Below, in pieces: positions 1 through 11,834 of a DNA stretch of 64,000 nt. The notes under the pieces were generated by a model that was not told where the DNA came from, did no database searches, and was given only the letters and a program-made list of their open reading frames with translations. The first letter of the stretch is position 1. Every line of letters starts with the position of its first letter. Both the position numbers and the translations under genes were made by a program. Source of the stretch: Marsupella aquatica (Eukaryota > Plantae > Marchantiophyta); contig OZ316897.1 in the NCBI GenBank assembly GCA_973895155.1, positions 9,137,832 through 9,201,831 of the forward strand, in the 5' to 3' direction.

Positions 1-137
1 AGATTCGAATCTAACTAGCTCTGGGAGAAATGAGTTATATGTGCAATCATGAGCACAGAGTATACCAACCGTAACGGAATGAGATCCTCTCCAACTAGAC
101 TAGAAAGGAGGTGATTTTTGGAGTTGAATTAACTCAC

Positions 138-553
138 TCTGGGAACATGAGCCCGGCATCGATCATAATGTAGCGGTCATAGTTGCCTACAAGCATGCAG
201 TTCATGCCAATCTCTCCCAGGCCCCCAATCGGAAGGACACGCAAGGGAGGGCCCTCCGTCCCCTCATGAAACGAGGGCATCTTCCTCTGAACAGCATCGT
301 CCCTGCTACGATAAGCACCATCATTGGAACTGCCATTCATACGCCGCCTATTTCTATTATGTTTGCTATTACCAGCCTGCGCTCTCACGCCCTTCACCAC
401 CACCACCCGTCCAGCAGCAGTACCAGCTCCTCTCTCCAAAAGCCTCCTCCCACCATCCCACATTGGCAACCGCCATCCCAAGTTCACGGTCGGAGAAGCA
501 CTGTAGGGCGCACGTTGGGACACAGACCCGCAGAGCGATGAAGAGCTCCTCAT
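138..553 (-). CDS. RNJ: Ribonuclease J (plastid metallo-beta-lactamase/beta-CASP RNase), first coding exon; gene continues beyond the left edge
   Basis: Ser/Arg-rich transit-peptide-like N-terminus, then [39 protein letters not shown], the conserved start of plant RNase J. GTGAGT donor begins at 137 on the minus strand. Confidence 0.92.
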
Positions 554-1005
554 CGGAACAGAACGGTACCAATCTACGACTACAGTTACCTGAGCACGGA
601 GCTCTGAAATTCACAAAAAGGAATTTCGGGACCCTGCGCTCTTCGTCTGAGGCAAGGAGACGCGAAGCGAGAGCTGGAATTTCCGCTGCGGTAGTGGCCT
701 ACGATTGTAGAAATGGAGGAAGTAGAGCTCTGCAGAGGAGAGACCGCAACAGAGCGAGATAGAGAGCGAGATGCAATTCACAAAAAGGAGATTCGAGACT
801 CTGCGCTCATCAGAGATTGCAAAACTGGAGGAGGAAGCCCTGGAGCACGAGCTTCGAAATGCGGAGGAGGCTGCCTGCATCAGGATCTCACTCGCGTCGG
901 CAGAGGAGACACAGAGAGAGAGACACAGAGAGAGAGAGGAGAGCGGGAGAGAGATGAGAGCTTGTTTGGGTGGATGGCTGGCTTCAAACTCGGAAGGGCG
1001 ACGTG

Positions 1006-1205
1006 GTGTGTTTCGTTATCCTTTCTGCTCTTGTGTTTGTTCTCTAGCGTACAGTTACCATGGTAATAATTTTTATTGTTTTCATTTCATTATATAGTAA
1101 CGTACGTGTGTTTCGTTATCCTTTCTGCCCTTGTGTTTGTTCTCTAGTGTACAGTTACCATGGTAATAATTTTTATTGTTTTCATTTCATTATATAGTAA
1201 CGTAC
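1006..1205. repeat. Near-perfect 100-bp tandem duplication upstream of RNJ
   Basis: gtgtgtttcgttatcctttctgc...tatatagtaacgtac occurs at 1006 and 1106; further degenerate copies lie at ~1890-2110. Confidence 0.9.
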
Positions 1206-1290
1206 TGTTTATAAAGCAATTGTGAAACTAAAGCCTGGACCTCCACTTGGTCTATGAAGCTCGTGTTTTCTGGCCTGGACCTCCACTTTG

Positions 1291-1843
1291 TATAGGGTAA
1301 TGGAGGTCTGGGCGCAGGGTTACTAGGGTGTAACCTTGCGTCCGGAATATGAAAAGAAGCTGACCAGCGGTAGTCGGAAAACTTTTTTGAATATTCCAAG
1401 AGCAGGTTACAGTCTATAACCCCAGCCCAGACCTGCACTAGCATACGTAAATCCTGTCAAGAGAAGAGGTTACCGGTGTGTAACCATTTCTACAGGGGCC
1501 TGCTATAGTCATAATCTGGTGTCCTGAAAAGTTGAGCCGGTAATCTCTTTCCGGACAGGAGTTATGTACGCTAATGCAGGGCAGGGCTGGGGTTATAGGC
1601 TGTAACCTGCTCCCAAAATATTCAAAGAAGCTTCTCGGCTACCGCCGGTCAGTTTCTTTTCATATTCCGGACGCAGGGTTACAGCCTAGTAACCCTGCGC
1701 CCAGACCTGCATTACCCTATACGTAACTCTTGCCCGAAAAGAGGTTACCGGCTCTACTTTTTAGGGCAATAGATTATGACTATAGCAGGTCCCTGTAGAA
1801 ATGGTTATACACCGATAACCTCTTCTCCTGACAGGATTTACGT
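1291..1843. mobile_element. Non-coding insertion made of two hairpin units in the order A-B-A'-B'
   Basis: A 1291-1445, B 1444-1568, reverse complement of A 1567-1721, reverse complement of B 1720-1843. It interrupts the local motif gacctccactttgtctatgaagc, which is intact at ~1870-1892. Confidence 0.8.
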
Positions 1844-2112
1844 CTATGAAGCTTGTGTTCTCTGGCCTGGACCTCCACTTTGTCTATGAAGCGTTTGTTC
1901 TCTAGTGTACATGGTAACTTTTATTGTAACTTTTCAATTCATTATATAGGTAACGTCCTGTTTACAAAGCAAATTTGAAACTAAAGCCTGGACCTCCACT
2001 TCGTCTATGAAGTGTTTGTTCTCTAGTGTACAGTTACTATGGTAAGTTTTATTGTTCTCATTTTATTATATAGTAACACCCTCTTTACAAAGCAATTTTG
2101 AAACTAAATACT

Positions 2113-2470
2113 CGATGGACCTCTACTTTGTCTCTGAAGCCCAGATGGACTGGCAAAGCTTGGATGGACTTTCTCAGAATTAAAATTAACTCAGATAATA
2201 TTTTTTACACTTTTGACTGAAATATGACCTATAACGGTCTTTTCACCATTTCCAGCCAGTTTCAATTACATTACCGAACTAATTTTCTAGGTAGCTTGAC
2301 GACTTGACGACCTTGAACCTGACAGACATCAAAATGACATGCCATTACTCAGGATCACCATGAAGTCTTGATTATTTTCTCCCCAAGGTAGTCCAACTAG
2401 TCAACTACAATCCACGACCAATTCCTTTTTTTGTGTAAATACAGTCCATAGGGATGGGCAGGGACAATGT
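2113..2470 (+). repeat. Dispersed ~350-bp repeat family, copy 1 (other copies ~4655-5195 and ~34064-34430)
   Basis: Shared blocks in the same order: atggacct..actttgtct.tgaagcccagatggac, caattacatt, cttga.gacttgacgaccttgaacctga..gacatcaa, caggatcaccatg, ccaaggtag, gtccat.ggatgggcagggaca. Confidence 0.8.
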
Positions 2471-2574
2471 ATTATTGCCTAATGCATTATTTCTTGTAAT
2501 GCTATTTGGTAATGTTTATACACCTAATGCCCTTTTTTCACGTTCTATTTTCAGGGCAATAATGGAGAAGAATA

Positions 2575-2866
2575 TGTTGGGGATAATCCTTATCCCGAGA
2601 CAACATGCACATGTAAATATCATACAAAGTGGTCGACACAGCAAGTACGTGGTTCACCTCATGACTGAGGTTACGTCCACGGGAAAGCAAAAGACTTTTA
2701 TTTCTCTCTTGCTCCACTCCAACAATGAACTGAAGATCCACCAGGGGCTGACATCAGCCCTGGTTATATACAACATGCATCACTACTAACCTAAGCTAAG
2801 TCCTAACCTAAGTTAGCCTAACTGTGGTTAGCCTTAGAGTCACAAGACTAAGAGCAATACTCAACT
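2575..2866 (-). mobile_element. Degenerate solo LTR related to the copia element at 26526-33433
   Basis: Reverse complement matches copia LTR blocks (cccgtggacgtaacctca...gaggtgaaccacgta; ccagggctgat; ctaaccacagttag; tcttgtgactc). No clear TSD. Confidence 0.75.
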
Positions 2867-3024
2867 AAATCAATGCACAATTAAGATTTGAATAGGCTCA
2901 TTCCGAAGAATCTCCTCTATTTTTGTATAATAAATAAAGAAATTCTCCTAGGTCTTTAGGTTAAAGCACATGTTGGACATAGTGCTCTCTCAGGTCTTTA
3001 AGGCCCTAACAAGGATTAGTCTAA

Positions 3025-3292
3025 GGACTGTCTTGCATGTGCAAGACAGCAAGAGTCCTGAAAACTGCGGCCCTTACCAAGCCACACATGTCGGGGAAAA
3101 GTTAAAACCAAATGTTTTGTTTTTATTACATTTTAAAGGTTCGGGACCTCAAGGGCCGGAAATTTTCCGGCCCTTGCCCTTGTATCTGCACAAAAGAAGC
3201 CATCAGGACTGCTGCCCTCTCGCTGCCTCAACCATGACACGAGTTCATTTTAGGGCCGATGTGCAAAGGACCAAAGACATGCAAGACGGCCC
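3025..3292. mobile_element. Tourist/PIF-Harbinger-like MITE
   Basis: 16-bp TIR ggactgtcttgcatgt / acatgcaagacggccc (14/16 match), flanked by TAA on both sides (3022-3024, 3293-3295). Confidence 0.7.
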
Positions 3293-4654
3293 TAAGTGAG
3301 GTTATCCCAAGACTAGTGTGAACCCTCACACCAAGCATCTTGTCTATCTAGGCTTTTGTTTCCATCTACATCCTGGTCTACATCCTTTATTCCTCCCTTC
3401 TCTCTTTGGAAACCCAAGGTCACCCTTAGATGCAATGTTTCACAATATGCTAAGATAATCCCTCTCTTCAGAAACTGAAGTTCCCTAGACCACAACAGTT
3501 GATTGGATACTTGGATAAACTGCCAAAAGTTGCCTGAATTGTGTAATAAATAAATTTTTATTCAGGTGATACATTTTTCTTTGTACAGTAATTATGAATT
3601 TCAGAATTTTCTGGTGTGAAAAAGTGTTTAGTTGGTAAGAGTTTTATATAAGTGTGTGTGTGTGTATATATATGCACATTTACCACAATTGTACAGCTAT
3701 CCAATTGAATCAAACCATAAGAGTCCAAGTCTCTAGTAGGACTAAGCTCTCCCTACATCTTTATGGCTTTGTAACAATGAACCTAAATTTCATTGACAAA
3801 TGAAGTATTGCTAGTGATCTAATATAGCAATGACACATCTAACCTAAATAAGGTCCTTGGTATGAGAAGATTAATTACAAGTACCGCTTTAGACCCAAGA
3901 ATAAATATCTAACATGGTAAGTTGTATCCACCAGGTTTTGCTTCAAGGCAATGGTGGATTTATCACTATGTGCAAACAATTTTGTACATTTGAAACATAG
4001 TGCGTAGTCCCAGAATATGCACTTACAGAGGGTACACTGTAATGTACCTTCTAGCCATCAGGGAAATTTTTAAGTGGGGAATGGCACCTTGTGTTAGGGA
4101 GAGGATGTTAGGAGTATTACTGTAGTCAATCTTGTATATTTATGCATGACCATTAAATGTCCCTAGATTTAAGGAGAACCATTAGATTGTGGCTACTGGA
4201 CCATGTGGTGTGGAGGGAACTTTCAAATGAGACCCCAAAAAACTGCTGAATGACTTCTATTTGCTTTGTGTCAAAATTTTGCTAGATTCTTTCCACCACT
4301 GTGGAAAGTCTTTGCCACATTTGACATAAGTCACTTGGAATGTTGTCTATTCATTCCACTTCTGTCTTTGCCACATTTGACATAAATCACTGGGAATGTT
4401 GTCTTTCATTAGCAAGTTTCCCAACCTAGTCACAAACCTATTTGCCAAAATCTGGTAGTTATCCCTAAATCTAAGAAATTTGATGGCTATAAATTATTCT
4501 AAGGAAATAGATAATATTTGTTGCATGTTCACAGGTTTAACATTTGCCATCTGGCCCAAAAGAAAAGACCTAATAAACTATAGTACTGTGATTCAAAGGT
4601 GAAAGGTTTGACACAAAAAAATGATGGTCCTCCCTCACTTGAGAAACTAAAGCC

Positions 4655-5195
4655 CTGATGGACCACCATTTTATCTATGAAGCCCAGATGGACTTGTTAA
4701 TAACATTTAAACTGACCCTAATAACATTGTTTACACTTATGACAGAAATGTGACCTATAAAAGGTCTCATTACTGTTTGCAGTCAATTTCAATTACATTA
4801 TCTAACTCGGCAGCTTGATGAGTTGACTACCTTTAACCTGAAGGACATCAAGCCGGTTTACTCGACAGCTTGATGAGTTGACTACCTTTAACTTGAAGGA
4901 CATCAACATGTCATATCATTAATCAGGATCACCATGTCATCTTTATTATTTTCTCTCCAAGGTATTCAAAGTTTACTACTACAAGCTTGATGAGTTGACT
5001 ACCTTTAACTTGAAGGACATCAACATGTCATATCATTAATCAGGATCACCATGTCATCTTTATTATTTTCTCTCCAAGGTATTCAAAGTTTACTACTACA
5101 AACCGCGTCTGGTTTATTTTTCTTTTTGATGTAAAATTGACAATCACTTTGTGTCCATGGGAATGGGAAGGGACAATGTCTCGATCCATCCTAGG
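4655..5195 (+). repeat. Dispersed repeat family, copy 2, with internal tandem duplications (~4810-5100)
   Basis: Same blocks as 2113-2470; agcttgatgagttgactacctttaac occurs three times. Confidence 0.75.
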
Positions 5196-6225
5196 TTTTA
5201 TTTACTCATTTAAAATGAGACATTTTATTTGCTAAATTTCGCTATTGTTTTCGTCCTTCGCCCCAAATAATAAAAACAGGTAGTCATATCATGTCGACGT
5301 ACACTTGGCGTGCACGTGAAAATTCGCGGATATGTTATTGAGCCCATTGGTGCGGGTACTGACAGAACTGTGTGAATGTTGACAGCATTTTCCGGACGAT
5401 GTCGTCCTTCAGGAAGTTACTGTAGTATTCAAATCATTACCGTGCGGGCCCCATGAATTGAGTTATCATTCGCTGTAAATGAGCGTGACCGAAGATGGCC
5501 AATAAGATTACGAGCACGGCGAGGTGAAAGGTAATTTTTCTCTTACTTATTCTCCTAGGTTTTAGTGGTCACTTGTTGTGGGCGCAAGTTGCCGAATCAC
5601 GGGCGAATGATTGAAGAAGGGGCGAATACGAGCATCGGCGCACGGGGGCGAATTGGCGAATGGGGGCGGTTCGGTGGCGAAAGGGCGAATACCGTATGCA
5701 TAACTAGTATAGCGAACAAAATATATTAGTAATTGGTTTTTGGCACCCAGCGCACTATATCGACGTTTCAGTCTGGAAAATATTTAGCGAGATATTTATT
5801 TGATAGTAATAAAAATGAAAAGTTTTACTTAATAGAACCCCCTGAAATGAAATTTTTCTTAATAGAACCCCCCTGAAATGTTGGGTAAGTTTATTCAAGG
5901 TCAATCAAGGTCTAAATCACTCACGGTCCTATCAAATAAGACTTTCCATTTTGGGTCCCCCATCAAGCAAGTCCCTCAATATTTTTCAGATTCGTGAAAT
6001 TGGGAGAAAAATAAATTGCTGATGCTCAAGCCCCACAAATGAAACTGCTCTAAGAAAGGTTGTTTGTTTGAAATCTGTTGGCGACAAGCCTTTTGGCTAG
6101 GTGTCAGCTAAAAACACTGTCAAAATTACACTCAGAAAACTTGTTGGCTGGAAATTTGTGTTGTTTGTTGTGCCAACTCAAAACTAAATTTAAATTTAAA
6201 TAATTCCTCGTAATAAAAAATTGCA

Positions 6226-6570
6226 TGTTGAGCATAGACGACAATCGCAACGGCAAGCCCATGAACCATCCAATGCACAAGAGTCGACACAGAGAGATAT
6301 GTGGTTCACCTCCACATGAGGCTACATCCACGGGAACACACATGAGCTTTACTGCACTCTAGGTTGACCGGCCATACCAAGCATTCACAACGCAAGCTCT
6401 CTTTATCTCTCAACTAGCTCCGTAACAATGAGTCTGAGTTCCCACTCTCCAAGCAAACACCGCTTGGTTATAGAGTGTGCACAACATGACTAACCTAACC
6501 AAGTCTGCGACTAAGGTTAGCCTTAACTACGGTACAGTCGTAACTCTAGACCTAAGAGTAAATCCTAACA
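6226..6570 (-). mobile_element. Solo LTR (345 bp) of the resident copia family
   Basis: TG...CA ends and a 5-bp TSD with one mismatch (ttgca 6221-6225 / ctgca 6571-6575). About 6226-6440 is a close reverse-complement match to the 3' part of the copia LTR. Confidence 0.9.
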
Positions 6571-8042
6571 CTGCAAGTCAATTTACTACTAAAGACAATG
6601 AGCCATTTGGGGAGCTTGGGTGACACTAGGGCCAAGGTATAATATGTGGACTATGCTTGTGGGTAGGGACAAGCTTAGGGAGTCTCATTAGATGGAGCCC
6701 TACCTTTGCATACAGAGACATAGTTGGGTAGCTGTAGTCAAGGTTGTTCATTGATATTTTAGTTAGAAAAGGAAACCCAGAGTTGTCCTACTGTCTTGAC
6801 AAAATAAATAAATAAATTCATATTTATTTTTCAATTATTTCCTTGGCATTGGGTCCCTAGAGGATTAGTTGGGTAGAGCTCGGTAACAGACCTCCTATCC
6901 TGATCATGGACTCTAAGAGGCAACACCTTAAAATATTGGCCCTAATTTTGGGCACAAGACTTGCAGCTTGTTTCACCATTGCTTCCCTTTTTTTAAGAAA
7001 ATAGTTGCAGGCACCGAAATCTACAATGCCTACCACCTTCACAAAAATGATTATGACAAAAGAGAGCTTTGCAGCAAGGGATACCAGAACCTGGTTCATA
7101 TATGAGGATAAGTTAAGGCCTTGTCTTCTCAGGAGGACCTAGGGGTTATGGGTGGACTTTCTTTTAATTGAATATTTGCAATGCTTAACTATGTCCAATA
7201 TAAGTCACTCTAGAGCCTGGGCAGTGTCTTTTGTCCACCCCTTAGGTTACCATCGACCAAAAAGGAATTATTTTTTACAGTGAGATGATGCTAACTGAGT
7301 AAAACTCAGTGTAAAACAAGGTGTGTGCTGGTCCATCTGGGCATTTTGTCAATGTTCAGGTCCACTGGGGCTTCAGCTTAATAATCTGGCCTTGAGTTGT
7401 TTACTGAAATGAAAACTAATAATTATTCTTTGCATGTTATTTAGGTCTATGGGACCTTCTTTTTAGTTATGAAATGAAATGTCAAAACAATCATTTGTGG
7501 TTACGACAGTTGTTTCACTCTAAATGCACACTTCTGGTAAGAAGAATCCGGCGTACGTGCACTTAACGTGGGTTTGCACTATATGATAAGTGCAAAAACA
7601 TAGAATCATGCATTTCTCAATGTTACAGCAGGTGATGCAGTGCCTGTGGACAAGAGCGAAGCCTGTAGTCGTTGTGATTGAAATGAAGGGTGCAACTGGA
7701 AAACATGAATTGGGAGGAGGAACATTATTGCTAGAAATACAACTCCTGTGATTCTTTATGGCACTGATTTTGGCTGATTTTGGGTTTAAGTGAATCTGTA
7801 CAATTCCACATGGCCTGTGAGTTTGCTTGCCAAAATGGAGTCCAAAACTTAGGTTTTCTGAAAAAAATTGACACAAGTTTGGGCTAGTCCCCCCTAGTAT
7901 GAATTTTTTTCCCCCTCATTTTTTCTCCCTATTGGCTAGCATGGTACTCATATCCCCAGGGACAAGGTGACATTGTGAAAGAGGCGCAATTAACTTCAAT
8001 GTACTGTGAACCCTCTCATAATCCATTTACATGCAATCAACC

Positions 8043-9045
8043 GAGATATATGCTTGATGGGCCCCCTGGTGAACCTTTCTTACCTGATGGGCCCCTAGGT
8101 AACTTTTTTTACCAAGTAGGACCCCTCTTAATGACCAGTACACCTATTCTTGTGTGCTGCCTACACCTGTCCTTGTGTGGTGCCTACTATGTATGTTGAC
8201 TCCAAGAAAACTGCACAGTTGAACCGTGCAGTCAACCTTGCATGGTCGACCGAGAAACCACGGACTGAGATGATTCGGGAGAAACCGCTAAAAGTAACTG
8301 CCGTTGTCGAAACTGCGATTTGAAGACAATATGCATTATGTCTTCGGATTCACTAGGTTAAATGCCTGAAAACACAATGGATTATGTCTTCGGGTTCAAA
8401 TTTTTACCGTATCGTGGGGTAGTTATTAGGTATGTTTTTCACATTGCGCACATGAGTTTTTCACGATGTTTTCATGCACGACTGTCATGGTCAGTGTGGG
8501 GTACCTCCAAATATCCACAAAGAATATTCAAGTTCAATGTTCGGAATTTGCCTACTCCCGCCACAACAAAAATTGGCAAATGATTGACAAATGCGCTCAA
8601 AAAATGATAATACTCCCCTGTGCAATGCATACAAACAATTTCAAAAGAAGACAGACCCAAAGGTGTCGGGGTACACCCTAAACCCTAAACCTTGAAACAC
8701 GGGAAGACATAATCCATTGAGTCTTCAGGCATTAACCCATTGAATCCGAAGACATAATGCATATTGTCTTCAAATCATAGTTTCGACTGCGGCAATCATT
8801 TTCGCGGTTTCTCTCGAATCATTTCCGTGGTTTCTCGGTCGACCATGCAAGGTTGACCGCACGGTTCAACTGTGCAGTTTGCTTGGAGTCACCATACATA
8901 GTAGGCATCACACAAGGACAGGTGTAGGCACCACACAAGAACAGGTGTACCGGTCATTAAGAGGGGTCCTACTTGGTAAAAAAAGTTACCTAGGGGCCCA
9001 TCAGGTAAGAAAGGTTCACCAAGGGGCCTATCAAGCATATATCTC
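8043..9045. mobile_element. Non-autonomous Mutator-like (MULE) foldback element, ~350-bp TIRs
   Basis: Ends GAGATATATGC / GCATATATCTC; long inverted arms ~8043-8400 and ~8692-9045; 10-bp TSD gcaatcaacc (8033-8042) / acaatcaacc (9046-9055). Confidence 0.88.
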
Positions 9046-9860
9046 ACAATCAACCTGTACTCAAGATAGTAATTAATATTTTGCTCGTCTTGTGCTAATA
9101 GGAAGAACACTACGTCTAGGGTCATGATGGTCTGGGCAGGGGGGGTTACTAAGTTGTAACCTTGTGACCATAAAGTTAATAAAATTGATTAGCAATAGCC
9201 AGGAAACTCTTTTGGGCATTGTGGGAGCAGGGTTCACACTAGAATTCTGGTCCAGATTGTCTTTATGTTATGTAGATGTGGCATGGGAAAAAGTACCCTA
9301 CCATAATTTTCCAAGCAATAGATTATGGAGGGCTGTCTTTATATTATGTAAATGTGTTGCGGGAAAAAGTTACCTGTGGCAGTTCTCTGGCAATACATTA
9401 GGGAAAGGACCTTCAGAAATTGTTACACACCCCTAACATGTATTCTGTACCACATTTACGTACTGAACCTTATTTATAATAGATCTCAAACTGCAACAGA
9501 ACTAAAGTCATCAAACCAGGAGACATGGTCCCAAAGGCAAAAGACCCAATCAAGGAGATGCAACCAAAGATCCTGAAGGTTAGAGCCACCAAGCAAGGAG
9601 AGCACCACTAAAACAACCAGTCACAAAAAACCTAGAACCCTACCTATCGGCAAATTAAAGAGCCTGGTAGAGCTTCGAGATGAACTGCATAGAGGGGTCC
9701 AACAAAGTGATTTGTCTAAACCCCTTAGAAACAGCAAAGTATCTGTCTAGACACCCTAAAACTATTTGTCTCACCTCTACAAAAAGTAATAAATGTCTGA
9801 GCTATCTCAAGTGAGATTTACACCCCTAAACGAAAAAATACATTTACTTTTAATCCTTCC

Positions 9861-10190
9861 GGTACTCAGGATACTCAGGATAGTATTAATATTTCACGGA
9901 TGTCCTGCGCAAACAAGGAGAACTCTAAGGTACTAGAGAAGCAGCGAAGTCAAAACACAGGTACTCAGGATAGTATTAATAGTTCACGCATGTCCTACTG
10001 CCAACAGGGAGAACACTACTGTACTAGAGCAGCAGCGAAGTCAAAAACACAGATGGGTTTGGTTTGTCCTCGAAATAGCATTAATATTTCAGCATTGTGC
10101 TACGCTAACATGGAGAACACTACGGTACTACAGCAGCAGCGAAGTCAAAACACAGGTGGGTTTGGTTTGGTTTGCAGCAAAATGATTCTC
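9861..10190. repeat. Degenerate ~90-105-bp tandem repeat (3 copies, with a fourth partial copy near 10796)
   Basis: Recurrent gatagtattaatatttca...gagaacactac.gtactagagcagcagcgaagtcaaaacacag. Confidence 0.8.
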
Positions 10191-11834
10191 CTCCTGCTCG
10201 AGTAGTGTAGCAACATAATTCTCCTCTCTCAGCATTTTGGGAGCAAGGTTCACACTAGAATTTCAACCCAGATTCTATTGTGGTTCTAGTCTGTAGATAT
10301 GTTACTAAATATAGTTGACATCACGAGTTTCCTGGTAGAAGATTATGGGTATAGCAAATGTGTTACCAAATATAATTGACTATCACTACTTTTTGGGAGC
10401 AAGGTCAGACTAGAACTTCAACCCAGACTGTCCTGTCCTTCTAGTAAGTAAGTGTTTTACCAAATATAATGACTATCATGAGTTTCCGAGTAAGGGATCA
10501 TGGAAATAGCAAATGTGGTACCAGATATAGTTGACTCTCATGACTTTAGGGGTATGAGATTATGGAGTTAACAAATTTGGTACCAATATATTTGGCCAGA
10601 TAGAAAATTTGGTACCAATATTGGTACCACAAGATTGAGGGTAAAAGATTATGGAAATAACAATGACCTCCAGGAAGAGTTACAAAATTTTATTAGGTCC
10701 CACATTTACGTTCCAGTTACCTTGATTGAATCGCACTGACGCTAGTCATTAACATTCCGCTCATTTCGCGTGCTAAGAGGGATTGATCCTTTAGTCACTA
10801 CGGTACTAGAGCGGCAGCAGTCAAGTCAAACGACAGATGGGTTTGGTTGGGTTGGTTCACTGGTTGGGTTCGCAGCAACATGATTCATTGATTCCCCTGC
10901 TGCTGCTGCAGGCGAGTGCAGCTGCGAATGAAGTGGGCGACGGGACGAGGCAAACAAGACATCACGCTCTCAACTGACTCACAGACTGGAGGTTGTACAC
11001 TCCTGTCCTCTGTCACACGACAATTGCCCGCCATTGAGAACTCGAGTGCGAAAGATCGAGAGAGAGAGAAAGAGAGAAATCAGAAGAAGAGAGGGGAGGA
11101 GGTCGCGGGTGGAATAATAAGAGTGTGGAAGCTAGATGAGGAGCTCTCAGTAGATTAGAGGATTGTTGTAGAGTAGCGTCTGTGGAGTCGGGGGACTCTG
11201 TTCCCCTGTTCAGGACGAGTGATGCGAGGAGAGCATATTTGTCATCGGAGCGCATTAAAATTCTAGAGAAATAGCAACAGAGATCTCGGACGGCGCCTAA
11301 TTTGTTGTGCACACGGGGGCGAGCGAGCCTCGCTGTGGACGGAGGGGCGAGCGTCTTCGCGTGTCGGTGATGGGACAATAGATGAGGTTGCGGATTCGAC
11401 CGAGATTGATGGTTTGTGGGGCGTCACATACGTGCTTGGAGAGAGATAGAGGATGTGGTTGTCGGTCTGGGACGAGATTTGGAATGAGAGGTAATTGGCG
11501 GGGTAAGTTTTCGGTAAGGGATTTCTCTCCACTCTGAGGGAGGGAGGGAGGGAGGAATTGATTACATTGTGTGTTTAGCTTGGAGAATCTGGCGTCGTTG
11601 TGACGGAGGCGAGTCAGAGCTGGTGCCTTAGTATACTGAGATGGAAGGGGGTGTACTAGAGGGACTGTGGCGGTGAGATTGTTTCTGAACGGCGGAATGC
11701 GGCGGCGCCGGATGGACGACAAGCGTTTGTGGATGAGCGGGGAAAAGATTGTCCCCAAAGGTGTAGGGGGAGGTAGTGTTATGTATAGAGGAAGAGGTCT
11801 GTAGTGAGCAGTGGAAGAGCAGTATAGCAACAGG

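Noticed and set aside
611-1097. ORFs 771..1097 (+, coiled-coil-looking) and 611..880 (-)
   Set aside because: They lie in the GA/CT-rich RNJ leader or promoter; the composition is explained by microsatellite-like sequence and there is no recognisable domain.
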